DNA of 63,746 bases from Bacilli bacterium (lineage in GTDB: Bacteria > Bacillota_I > Bacilli_A > RF39 > UBA660): the NCBI GenBank assembly GCA_045650425.1, contig JAZRRD010000083.1, positions 1-63,746 on the forward strand, given 5' to 3'. Below are positions 36,202 to 45,334 of the stretch, piece by piece. Below the pieces are notes generated by a model, which saw only the letters and a program-made list of their open reading frames with translations, ran no database searches and was not told the origin of the DNA. Made by a program: the position numbers and the translations under genes. The stretch's first letter is position 1. Every line of letters starts with the position of its first letter.

Positions 36202-38049
36202 ATGGCTAAAACTAAAACAAGAAAAAAAGTAAAAAGTATTAATAAAATATGGGATAAAAGAAAAAAAGAATTAAAAATTAAAGATTTTACTAATCTTGAT
36301 TTAGAAGGTTTAGATTTATCAGTGATCCCAGCTCCCAGTTGGAATGGTTGTATATTTAAAAATACCAGTGTAAAAAATACCGGAATAAAACTTATGTTAT
36401 TAAGTCTTACATCAAATGATTATTTTTCTTATGTTGCCATCAATGGTGGAAAGTATGAAGAAACAATAATATGTGACTGTGATTTTAGTGAAAATAATTT
36501 GGCGCAATATAATGATGATGTTAGATTTACATATTTCAGAAACTGTAATTTTAGAAATACAAATCTTAATCAATTTATTCAAGGAGAGAGTAACTTGTTA
36601 GATGAAGGTTGTGTTTTTTATAAAACTGTATTTTATTATCCGGTCATAGATGTGCTAACTATAGAAAAAAATCAACAATTACAATTAGAAAAACGGCATA
36701 TTATTTGGGCTATTCAAAGTATAGTAAACGACCAGAGCATCAATACTCCATATACTATTTTACGGACAAAAATTGAAAGTTTATCAACTCATGATATAGA
36801 AAAAAGAGTTTTGGAAGGCGAAAAATATCTACATATTGATAGAACTGGAGAATTACAGCAGTTATATAATAATTTAGATATGAATTTGATTCAAAAATTA
36901 TATTTTTTTAATGGATATGTTGTTGATAAAAAATTATGTGAGGTAAATTTGAAGGGGTTTAGTAGTAATCTGCTTAATGCTTTTTCGTTTATTAATTGTG
37001 ATTTTAGAGGCGCGAGTTTAACTAATTCTTATGAAGAACTATTATCGTTACATGTTCAAACTTTTCCAAAATCCACAAACAATATATATGAGGGTCTTGT
37101 TTTACCTAATGTAAATTATAGTAGTTGGAAAGAAACACCCAAAGGCCATAGTAATAAGATCTCAGAAAGTCCATATACTTTTAGAACTAATCTTTATCTA
37201 GAACTAGGTAGAACGTGTAATGCAAAATGTACATTCTGCCGGAATTCTTCATTTGATGCTTGTAATTATAATATAAATAATATAAGTTCTACACTTAATG
37301 CTTGTTACTATTACTTAGATAATATAGTAATTGGAGGTGGGGAGCCAACCTTAAGAAAAAACGATATTAGAAAATTGATTGATGAAATTTACCATTATGG
37401 AAGGGGTTATAATCCTAATTGGACTATTTTTACTAATGGAAGTGATTTAGACTTTAACGGGTTAAATAGAAATATTTACTTTAACATTAGCAGACATGCA
37501 GTTAAAGATTCAGATAATGCAAAAATATTTGGTATCAGCGAAAACAACATTGCTTCAACCACGGATCTTATGCGTTTTGTAGATCAGAAAGATCCGGAAC
37601 ACGTAACTTTGTGTGCAACATGTTTTAAGGGAGGACTAGATTCTTACGAAAAGATAATTGAATATATTAGTTTTTGTAGAAATATTGGTGTTCAAAATGT
37701 ATTAATATCAGACTTGCATAAAGATTCTTCTTTGGGAGAAAATGAACAATTTAATTGTAATTTGAACATAGATCCTATGTTATTTTTAAAAGTAATTAAT
37801 TATTTAGAAAATATCGGTTTTTCTAAAAATTATCCTATATATTCAACCGGAGGATATGTATCTATGGTATTAAAACAGCAAAATTTTACCGTGGCTTTTA
37901 AAAGTTATATTACTAAACAGGAATTGGAAGAGAAATGGTTTAATGCAGTAAAAAGAACATTTGATTTATCAATAGACCCAGAAGGTAATTTATATGAAAA
38001 TTGGCATCAATCTTCTGGTATAGTTCGTAGTTTACGAAAAAAAGATTAA
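36202..38049 (+). CDS. Fusion protein: N-terminal pentapeptide-repeat-like region plus C-terminal radical SAM domain (615 aa)
   Basis: CxxxCxxC cluster motif LGRTCNAKCTFCRN near residue 336, with VIGGGEPTL downstream. The N-terminal half has pentapeptide-like runs CDFSENNLAQYNDDVRFTYFRNCNFRNTNLNQF and INCDFRGASLTN. It has its own promoter. Confidence 0.7.
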   Translation: MAKTKTRKKVKSINKIWDKRKKELKIKDFTNLDLEGLDLSVIPAPSWNGCIFKNTSVKNTGIKLMLLSLTSNDYFSYVAINGGKYEETIICDCDFSENNLAQYNDDVRFTYFRNCNFRNTNLNQFIQGESNLLDEGCVFYKTVFYYPVIDVLTIEKNQQLQLEKRHIIWAIQSIVNDQSINTPYTILRTKIESLSTHDIEKRVLEGEKYLHIDRTGELQQLYNNLDMNLIQKLYFFNGYVVDKKLCEVNLKGFSSNLLNAFSFINCDFRGASLTNSYEELLSLHVQTFPKSTNNIYEGLVLPNVNYSSWKETPKGHSNKISESPYTFRTNLYLELGRTCNAKCTFCRNSSFDACNYNINNISSTLNACYYYLDNIVIGGGEPTLRKNDIRKLIDEIYHYGRGYNPNWTIFTNGSDLDFNGLNRNIYFNISRHAVKDSDNAKIFGISENNIASTTDLMRFVDQKDPEHVTLCATCFKGGLDSYEKIIEYISFCRNIGVQNVLISDLHKDSSLGENEQFNCNLNIDPMLFLKVINYLENIGFSKNYPIYSTGGYVSMVLKQQNFTVAFKSYITKQELEEKWFNAVKRTFDLSIDPEGNLYENWHQSSGIVRSLRKKD

Positions 38050-38063
38050 GTTATATAGCTTAG

Positions 38064-38092
38064 TTTACTAAATAAAAAGATTTTGTTATAAT
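38064..38092 (+). promoter_or_regulatory. Promoter with extended -10 for whiA
   Basis: TTTACT (38064-38069), 17-nt spacer, TGtTATAAT (38084-38092). Confidence 0.5.
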
Positions 38093-38107
38093 TATCAAGG
38101 TGATTTT

Positions 38108-39016
38108 ATGACTTTCACGACACAAATTAAAGATGAAGTGACTAAACTTGATTTAAATTATCTTGAATCATTTAACGAACTTGCTGCAATAGTTAGATAT
38201 GACGGAGTTTTATTAAACAATAAAATTACTATTACCTCAGAAAATGCATCGGTAGCAAGAAGAATATACAAAAGCTTAAAAGAAATATTTAAAGTAAGTG
38301 CTAAAATAATTATTCGTAATCAAAAAAGATTTAGAATTAAAACACTTTATATATTAGAAATAAATGAAAAGTTAGACATAATTAAAGAATCTTTATTTTT
38401 AACTGAGAATTACTTACTAAAATTAGAAAGCGATGAAGAAAAATTGGCTTTTTTTAGAGGAGTGTTTTTAGCTTGTGGAAGTATAAGTAGCCCTAAATCT
38501 TCGGGATATCACTTTGAATTAGTATTTAAAAATGCTTTAGAAGCAGAATACATGTTAAAACTATTAAAATCTTTTAATTTAACACCAAAGAAGATAAAAA
38601 GAAATAATACGTTCATGATTTATATCAAACAAGCTGAGGAAATAAGCGATATATTAAAAATGTTTAAAGCAACTAATTGTCTATTTGAGTTTGAAGATGT
38701 CAGAATTTATAGAGATCATAAAAACATGGTAAACAGATTGAATAATTGCGAGATAGCTAATCAAGAGAAATCTTATTCTGCAGCGATGAAACAATTAGAA
38801 TTAATTAAGTACATTAAAGAAAATAATCTGATAGATTTATTAGATGAAAAATCTCAACTAATTGTTACTTATCGCGAAAAATATCCAGATGTATCTTTTC
38901 AAGAGTTAGCGGATATAATTTCTTTAGAAACCGATTATAAAATTGGTAAATCGGGTATAAATCATCATTTTATTAAATTAAAATCATTGGTAGAGAAACA
39001 TAGTTCAACTAAATAA
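38108..39016 (+). CDS. whiA: DNA-binding protein WhiA
   Basis: MTFTTQIKDEV start. LAGLIDADG-derived fold (FFRGVFLACGSISSP). C-terminal HTH ...SGINHHFIKLK. 302 aa. Confidence 0.92.
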   Translation: MTFTTQIKDEVTKLDLNYLESFNELAAIVRYDGVLLNNKITITSENASVARRIYKSLKEIFKVSAKIIIRNQKRFRIKTLYILEINEKLDIIKESLFLTENYLLKLESDEEKLAFFRGVFLACGSISSPKSSGYHFELVFKNALEAEYMLKLLKSFNLTPKKIKRNNTFMIYIKQAEEISDILKMFKATNCLFEFEDVRIYRDHKNMVNRLNNCEIANQEKSYSAAMKQLELIKYIKENNLIDLLDEKSQLIVTYREKYPDVSFQELADIISLETDYKIGKSGINHHFIKLKSLVEKHSSTK

Positions 39017-39024
39017 ATCTTAAA

Positions 39025-39032
39025 GGGGGGGG
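39025..39032 (+). repeat. G8 homopolymer in the ribosome-binding region of the downstream gene
   Basis: AAAGGGGGGGGAAAAGGATAATATG read directly. This is the longest G run I noticed in this AT-rich window. It lies 12 nt upstream of the ATG at 39044. Confidence 0.9.
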
Positions 39033-39043
39033 AAAAGGATAAT

Positions 39044-39745
39044 ATGACTATGTATGAAGAAATATATAATTGTTCTTTTGACGAAGCTTCAAAGAAATTG
39101 GCGGATTTTTGGATGCAATATCGCCCATATTATCCAGATTATAAAAGAAAATTTTTAGATAAAGCTATTTTTCATAAATTTACCTATTTTGAAAATATCC
39201 CAGATGTATTACTAGAAATTTACATTTATTTAGGTGTTTTAAAACCAGAGTTAAACCATTATAATAAGTTTATAGATTTTTATGAACATTTTTTTGAAAA
39301 TTCTTATGATAAAGCAATCGTAGAGGTAGGTACTGGAAGCTTACCAATTTTATCTATAAGTATAAATAAAATGATAACTTTTTATCATGGGAATGGTCAT
39401 ATTATTGGTTATGATCCGGAATTAGCGATGGAGGTTCCAACTATTGAATTAAAAAAAGAAAAATTTACACTCTCTACAAATATTTCTGGTGTAGATTTAC
39501 TTATGGGATTTTTTCCATGTGAAGCTACCGAGATTATGTTAGAAAAGGCCTTAAAAGAAGAAAAAGAACTTTGTTTACAGCTATGTGGATGCGTTCCGGA
39601 ATATTATGATGATGAAATTACTTCTCAAGAATGGTTAAATATTTTAAATAGAAAGATTATCAACAATATATCAAATGCTTTTACTTATGAACTGGTAGAC
39701 ATTGGAGTAAGACCAGAGCCAGTAATTGCCTTAAAAAGAAAATAA
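39044..39745 (+). CDS. Hypothetical protein, possibly Rossmann/SAM-methyltransferase-like (233 aa)
   Basis: Clean ORF with a terminator. The only motif noted is VEVGTGSLP, resembling methyltransferase motif I. Function unknown. Confidence 0.5.
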   Translation: MTMYEEIYNCSFDEASKKLADFWMQYRPYYPDYKRKFLDKAIFHKFTYFENIPDVLLEIYIYLGVLKPELNHYNKFIDFYEHFFENSYDKAIVEVGTGSLPILSISINKMITFYHGNGHIIGYDPELAMEVPTIELKKEKFTLSTNISGVDLLMGFFPCEATEIMLEKALKEEKELCLQLCGCVPEYYDDEITSQEWLNILNRKIINNISNAFTYELVDIGVRPEPVIALKRK

Positions 39746-39747
39746 AA

Positions 39748-39788
39748 ATATGGTTTAAATAATCTTATCGATTAAACCATATTTTTTT
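39748..39788. terminator. Bidirectional terminator between the 233-aa gene and clpP
   Basis: Perfect 11-bp inverted repeat ATATGGTTTAA (39748-39758) / TTAAACCATAT (39772-39782) with T-runs on both strands. It overlaps the last clpP codons. Confidence 0.7.
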
Positions 39789-40333
39789 GCTTCTTCAGGC
39801 TCCATATAATAGTCTCTTTCGGTATCCATTTCTATTTTATTTAATGGCTGATTAGTGTTTTTAGCTAAAAGTTTATTAAGTTTTTCTTTGATTTTAATAA
39901 TTCTTTCGGCGGCAATTTTAATATCACTAGCTTGTCCTTGGGCTCCACCAAGGGGTTGATGAATCATAATTTCTGTATTTGGCAAAGAGTATCTTTTACC
40001 TTGAGCTCCACTAGATAATAAAAATGCTGCCATGCTGGCTGCTAAACCGATACAAATTGTTTTAACATCACTTTTAATAAAATTCATTGTATCATATATT
40101 GCCATCCCGCTAGTTACAGAACCACCAGGACTATTAATATATAAAGAAATATCTTTATTGTTTAAACTATCTAAGTAAAGCAATTGACTTATTATGATAT
40201 TAGCCTTATTATCATCTATTTCTCCGGAACAAAAAACAATTCTATCTTTAAGTAATCTCGAATAAAGGTCATAAGCATATTCTTTATTACTTGTTTTTTC
40301 AATAATAGTTGGGATTATATTCATTTTTTTCAC
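39755..40333 (-). CDS. clpP: ATP-dependent Clp protease proteolytic subunit
   Basis: [14 protein letters not shown]. Catalytic Ser context [17 protein letters not shown]. 192 aa. Confidence 0.95.
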   Translation of the reverse strand: MKKMNIIPTIIEKTSNKEYAYDLYSRLLKDRIVFCSGEIDDNKANIIISQLLYLDSLNNKDISLYINSPGGSVTSGMAIYDTMNFIKSDVKTICIGLAASMAAFLLSSGAQGKRYSLPNTEIMIHQPLGGAQGQASDIKIAAERIIKIKEKLNKLLAKNTNQPLNKIEMDTERDYYMEPEEAKKYGLIDKII

Positions 40334-40433
40334 CTATAATTATAATATAAATAATTTTTATTTTTTATTCAAAAATAGTGTAATAAAAATTAATTTATGT
40401 TATACTCATTTATAGAATAAGGGAGTCTTGATT

Positions 40434-42089
40434 ATGGATACAGTAAAAGTTCACATAGAGGGTCTAGGAGAATATGTGTATGAAAAAAATACACTACTTT
40501 ATGAAATTAGCAAAGAATTAAAACAAAAAAATATTGTTGGTGCTAAAATGAATAATTCATTAGTATCATTATCCTCTACAGTAAAACAAGATTGTCAAAT
40601 TAAATTTATAGATTTTTGCGATTTAGCTGGTTATAAAATTTATCAAGCTGGTTTAAAGTTTATATTCGAAGTGGCTTTAAAAGAAACTTATCCAGGCTTT
40701 GAAGTTGAGTATGAGCACAGTGTTCCTAAAGGTATTCTAGCAGAAATTAAAGGAAATAGATCTCTAACTGGCGAAGACATAGCTAAAATTAAAGGCGTAA
40801 TGTCTAAGATAATAGATGAAGATATTAGATTTGAAAAGTACACAGTTGAAAAAAAAGATATAATTGAATATTTTTCATCTAATAATGAGCTAGAGAAAGC
40901 ATTGAATATCCAAAATTTAAATGAAGATGTTGTAAGAATATACAAATTAAAAAGCTTTTTAAATTATTATTATACAGAAATGCCTTATAGTACTAAGTCA
41001 ATAGATAAATTTGATATAATATATTTAGGTAAAAATAAAATTGTGTTTATTTTTCCGAGTTCAAGAACTAATGGTCAAGTACCAGAATATGTACATTATG
41101 GAAATATAATAGATAATTTTTTGGAGGGCAAAGAATGGCTTAACAAAATGAAAGTTCCTTACCTGGCAGATTTAAATAAATTAGTAAGCGATTGTAAAAT
41201 TAGTAATTTAATAGAAGCGAATGAGCTATTATACGAAAAGAAAATATCATCTATCGCAGATGAAATAGCTAATCATCCAGAAAAAAAGGTAATCTTAATA
41301 GCAGGGCCATCTTCATCAGGAAAAACTACAACTACTAAAAGATTATCATCTTATTTAAAGGTAAATGGTCTAAATCCGATAGCAATTTCAATTGACGATT
41401 ATTTTGTAAATAAAGTTGATACGCCAAAAGATGAAACAGGCAATTATGATTTTGAATGTTTGTTGGCGGTTGATATTAAAAAATTTAATCAAGATTTAAC
41501 AGATTTATTAAATGGGAAAGAAATAAATCTGCCTATATATGACTTTTTAAGTGGAAAAAGAAAATATGCGAATAAATACTGCAAATTAGATGAAAATAGT
41601 ATTATAATTATTGAAGGGCTACATGCATTAAATGATGACTTAACGCCTACAATAAGTAACGATTATAAATATAAGATTTACTTAAGTCCCTTCATTCCTC
41701 TTAATATAGATCGACATAATTATATTTCTACTGTTGATTTGAGGTTGTTAAGAAGAATAATTAGGGATAATAGATCCAGAGGACTAACAGTCGATGGAAC
41801 AATTGAGCTATGGCAAAGAGTTAGAAATGGTGAAGAAAAATATATTTTTCCGTATATTCATCAAGCCGATGTAATTATAAACACAGCTTTTGCCTACGAA
41901 TTAGGAGTTATGAAGGTCTTTGTAGAACCACTATTATATTCAGTTAGTCATACTAGCCCTTATTATGAAGAAGCTCGAAGATTATTGAAATTCTTAAATG
42001 TATTTTTGCCAATACCTGCTGAATATATTGGTGGAGAATCAATCTTAAGAGAATTTATTGGTTATGGATTATGGAAAGGAAGAAGTTAA
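40434..42089 (+). CDS. TGS-domain / ThrRS-N-like plus uridine-kinase-like P-loop nucleoside kinase fusion
   Basis: The N-terminus is a TGS-like beta-grasp. Walker A IAGPSSSGKTTTTKRL. IIIIEGLHALND resembles Udk/PRK-family motifs. ATG at 40434 is preferred over the TTG at 40428. Confidence 0.7.
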   Translation: MDTVKVHIEGLGEYVYEKNTLLYEISKELKQKNIVGAKMNNSLVSLSSTVKQDCQIKFIDFCDLAGYKIYQAGLKFIFEVALKETYPGFEVEYEHSVPKGILAEIKGNRSLTGEDIAKIKGVMSKIIDEDIRFEKYTVEKKDIIEYFSSNNELEKALNIQNLNEDVVRIYKLKSFLNYYYTEMPYSTKSIDKFDIIYLGKNKIVFIFPSSRTNGQVPEYVHYGNIIDNFLEGKEWLNKMKVPYLADLNKLVSDCKISNLIEANELLYEKKISSIADEIANHPEKKVILIAGPSSSGKTTTTKRLSSYLKVNGLNPIAISIDDYFVNKVDTPKDETGNYDFECLLAVDIKKFNQDLTDLLNGKEINLPIYDFLSGKRKYANKYCKLDENSIIIIEGLHALNDDLTPTISNDYKYKIYLSPFIPLNIDRHNYISTVDLRLLRRIIRDNRSRGLTVDGTIELWQRVRNGEEKYIFPYIHQADVIINTAFAYELGVMKVFVEPLLYSVSHTSPYYEEARRLLKFLNVFLPIPAEYIGGESILREFIGYGLWKGRS

Positions 42090-42090
42090 T

Positions 42091-43104
42091 ATGATAAAGG
42101 TAGCAATAAATGGATTTGGAAGAATAGGACGTTTAGCATTTAGAGAAATCATTACTACTACAGATTTTGATATCGTAGCAATTAATGACTTAACAAGTGC
42201 TGAAGATTTAGCTTATTTATTAAAATATGATACAAATCATCGTTCATTTCATGAAGATGCAATTGGTTTTGAAGGTGATTCAATAGTAATAAACAATCAA
42301 AAGAAAATCAAAGTTTATTCAGAAAAAGATCCTGCGAACTTACCTTGGGCAGAGTTAGAAGTTGATTTAGTATTAGAATGCACAGGTTTATTTACAAGTG
42401 AAGAAAAAGCAAATGCTCATATTATAGCCGGAGCAAAAAAAGTGTTGATTTCTGCACCTGCTAAAGGCAATTTAAAAACTATTGTTTATGGTGTTAATGA
42501 AAATATATTGGATGGTACAGAAACAATTGTTTCTGCTGCTAGTTGTACTACAAATTGTTTAGCGCCAGTATTAAAAATAATCGAAAATAATATTGGTATT
42601 GAAAAAGGATTTATGACTACAGTGCATGCATACACAAATGATCAAGCAACTTTAGATATTGCGCATAAAAAAGGAATTTTTGCTAGACGTGGAAGAGCTT
42701 GTGCTCAAAACATAGTGCCGGCATCAACTGGAGCAGCATCCGCTATAGGTTTAGTTTTACCTAGTCTTCAAAATAAATTAGATGGTATAGCTTATCGTGT
42801 TCCAGTATCAGACGGTTCATTAATAGATGTAACAATTGAACCTAAGAGAAATACTTCTGTTGAAGAAGTAAATAAATTGTTTGAAAATAACCAAAATAAT
42901 GTTTTGAGAATAACTTATGATCCAATCGTTTCAAGCGATGTTATAGGCAAAAAAATTGGAGCTTTAGTTGATGGGTTATCCACTAAAGTAATAGAAATAA
43001 ATGGTCGTCAACTAATTAAGTTGGTTGCATGGTATGATAATGAAATTGGTTATACAACTCAAATGATGCGTACTGCAAGATCAATGTTTAAAAAATCAGC
43101 CTAA
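42091..43104 (+). CDS. gap: Glyceraldehyde-3-phosphate dehydrogenase
   Basis: True start MIKVAINGFGRIGR at 42091. Active site SAASCTTNCLAP. WYDNEIGY near the C-terminus. Confidence 0.95.
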   Translation: MIKVAINGFGRIGRLAFREIITTTDFDIVAINDLTSAEDLAYLLKYDTNHRSFHEDAIGFEGDSIVINNQKKIKVYSEKDPANLPWAELEVDLVLECTGLFTSEEKANAHIIAGAKKVLISAPAKGNLKTIVYGVNENILDGTETIVSAASCTTNCLAPVLKIIENNIGIEKGFMTTVHAYTNDQATLDIAHKKGIFARRGRACAQNIVPASTGAASAIGLVLPSLQNKLDGIAYRVPVSDGSLIDVTIEPKRNTSVEEVNKLFENNQNNVLRITYDPIVSSDVIGKKIGALVDGLSTKVIEINGRQLIKLVAWYDNEIGYTTQMMRTARSMFKKSA

Positions 43105-43107
43105 GGG

Positions 43108-43136
43108 TTGTTTTTTTTAGTTATATATATTAAAAT
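43108..43136 (+). promoter_or_regulatory. Candidate promoter for the BtaA/DUF3419-like gene
   Basis: TTGTTT (43108-43113), 17-nt spacer, TAAAAT (43131-43136). It overlaps a weak hairpin plus T8 just after the gap stop. Confidence 0.4.
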
Positions 43137-43170
43137 ACACAAAGCAAAACTGATGTGTGAAGGAGAAAAT

Positions 43171-44112
43171 ATGGAAACAATAAAAGAAAAACAACTTATG
43201 CAAGATATAGAAAACTCTTTGGCATATTTTTTAACTCTTTATAATATAACTGATAAAACTTTAGCTTTTGAATATCAAAATTCGATGATATTTTCAGAAT
43301 ATTCAGGGTATTACTTAAATACAAATGAGGCTTTAAATGAATTATTTAATTTAATGGATTTTGATAACAAGACAAGTGCGTTAACAGTTTTGGCTTCGGG
43401 AGATCACGCCTTAAATCTAGTATCTAAAGGGATAAATAAAGTTGCGACATTTGACACTAATAGAATTACAGAATATTCTGCTCTAGGTTTTAAATTTAGT
43501 GCATTTAAAAGCTTAGATTATGAAGAATTTGAGTGTTTGCTAAACAATAGGGTTGCAGATTCAAATAAAAAGAATTTACAAGATTATATTCTAAGAAATA
43601 TGCCATATAAATATTATTCGTTTTGGGAAATTTTGACTCAAAAATATTTTGAAATTACCGGAGATTATTTCTGGATACCTGGACATGCTTTTGAAAATAG
43701 TGGGACTCAAAACAATCTGTATATGAAAAATAAAATGTGCTATGAACAAACAAAAAAGCAATTAAAAACAGCATCTGTGGAATTCAAATATGCTGATATC
43801 AAAACAATTCCTGAAAAATTTGGACATTATGACATCATAGAATTGTCAAATATATTGAATTATACAGGTAGTGTTTTTCCTGGTAGAGATAAATTAAAAA
43901 GAAAAATAGAATTGATAGAAAACATATATTTTAAAAATCTTAATCCTGGCGGAGAAATGCTTTTTGATTGTATTTTTCCCAAACATATAAATCCAGCAGG
44001 AGAATCTATTCATGAAGTAGTTGCTTACTTGTGCGCTTTAAAACGTTATAATCTAAAAACATATAAAATTAAAAATTCTAAAGCCTTCTCTTTAAAGAGA
44101 AATTTATATTAA
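43171..44112 (+). CDS. SAM-dependent transferase-like protein, tentatively BtaA/DUF3419 family
   Basis: True start METIKEKQL at 43171 after AAGGAG. LASGDHALNLVSKGINKVATFDTNRITEYSALGFKFSAFKSLDYEEFECLL resembles the remembered DUF3419 N-terminal block (SAGDNAL...VDLNPAQ...LELK...L.YE.F). Confidence 0.55.
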   Translation: METIKEKQLMQDIENSLAYFLTLYNITDKTLAFEYQNSMIFSEYSGYYLNTNEALNELFNLMDFDNKTSALTVLASGDHALNLVSKGINKVATFDTNRITEYSALGFKFSAFKSLDYEEFECLLNNRVADSNKKNLQDYILRNMPYKYYSFWEILTQKYFEITGDYFWIPGHAFENSGTQNNLYMKNKMCYEQTKKQLKTASVEFKYADIKTIPEKFGHYDIIELSNILNYTGSVFPGRDKLKRKIELIENIYFKNLNPGGEMLFDCIFPKHINPAGESIHEVVAYLCALKRYNLKTYKIKNSKAFSLKRNLY

Positions 44113-44119
44113 TAAAAAC

Positions 44120-44147
44120 TTGTAAATAATACTAATTAAGTTATAAT
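44120..44147 (+). promoter_or_regulatory. Sigma-A promoter for pgk
   Basis: TTGTAA (44120-44125), 16-nt spacer, TATAAT (44142-44147). Confidence 0.5.
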
Positions 44148-44155
44148 AAAAATAG

Positions 44156-45334
44156 GTGATAATAGTGAAATTTATTGAAGATATGCATTTAAAAAATAAA
44201 ACAGTTTTATTAAGATGCGATTTTAATGTTCCTGTAGTCGATGGAGTTATAACAGATGATAATAAGATTGTTAAAAGTTTGAAAACAATAAAATATTTAT
44301 TAGATAAAAATTGCAAATTAATAATATTAAGTCATATGGGTAGAGTAAAAACTGAAGAAGACACGAAGAAATATACCTTAAAACCTGTTAAATACAAGTT
44401 AGAAGAATATCTAAATAAAGAGGTAACATTTGTTATCGATGTGACGGAAATTGATTTTTCTAACAGTGACATTGTACTTTTAGAAAATACTCGTAATTAT
44501 GATATGCCTAATAAATTAGAAAGTTCAAATGATTTGGAACTGGCTAAAATTTGGGCTAAACAGGGAGATATCTTTATATTTGATGCTTTTGGTAGTGCAC
44601 ACCGTTCACATGCATCTACAGCTGGAATAGCCCATTATCTTCCTGCAGGGTTTGGCTATTTAGTTGAAGAAGAAATGCAAAATCTAAATAAAATTCAAAA
44701 TAATCCTAAGAAACCATTTGTAGTTATAATGGGCGGAGCCAAAGTTGATGATAAAATACCGCTAATCAAAACTTTGCTGTATTCTTGTGATTATCTTCTT
44801 TTGGGTGGAGGAATTTCAAATAGTTTTATTAAAGCAAAAGGAATTAATATTGGAAAAAGTTTGGCTACCTTAGATGACAATATCATTGCAGAATTAAAAT
44901 ACCTATTAGAGCTTTATAGCAATAAAATAATTTTACCTATAGATGTTAGAGTAAAAAATAATGATGAAATAAGTACAAAAAGTATAAATGCTTTAACAGA
45001 AAATGATATTATTTACGATATTGGAGGTAAAACAGTTAATAAATTTGCTGGATATTTAAAAGATGCTGAAACGGTATTTATGAATGGAACTTTAGGTTTA
45101 TTTGAAGATGAACAGTTTCAAACTGGAACCATAAAAACATTTGATCTGCTATCTAGTGTTCCAACTGTTGTAATTGGTGGAGGAGACACAGTAGCTGCAG
45201 TTAATCAATTAGGCTTCGAAAATAAATTTATCTTGTCTAGTGGAGGAGGTGCTTCATTAGAATTTATTGCTAAAGGTAAATTAGAAGCATTAGAAGAAAT
45301 TGAAAGGGTTGAAAATGAAAAAATTAGTTTGTAA
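44156..45334 (+). CDS. pgk: Phosphoglycerate kinase
   Basis: LLRCDFNVP, SHMGRV, MGGAKVDDKI, GGGDT. The start is ambiguous: GTG at 44156, GTG at 44165 (best Shine-Dalgarno spacing) or ATG at 44183. Confidence 0.93.
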   Translation: MIIVKFIEDMHLKNKTVLLRCDFNVPVVDGVITDDNKIVKSLKTIKYLLDKNCKLIILSHMGRVKTEEDTKKYTLKPVKYKLEEYLNKEVTFVIDVTEIDFSNSDIVLLENTRNYDMPNKLESSNDLELAKIWAKQGDIFIFDAFGSAHRSHASTAGIAHYLPAGFGYLVEEEMQNLNKIQNNPKKPFVVIMGGAKVDDKIPLIKTLLYSCDYLLLGGGISNSFIKAKGINIGKSLATLDDNIIAELKYLLELYSNKIILPIDVRVKNNDEISTKSINALTENDIIYDIGGKTVNKFAGYLKDAETVFMNGTLGLFEDEQFQTGTIKTFDLLSSVPTVVIGGGDTVAAVNQLGFENKFILSSGGGASLEFIAKGKLEALEEIERVENEKISL

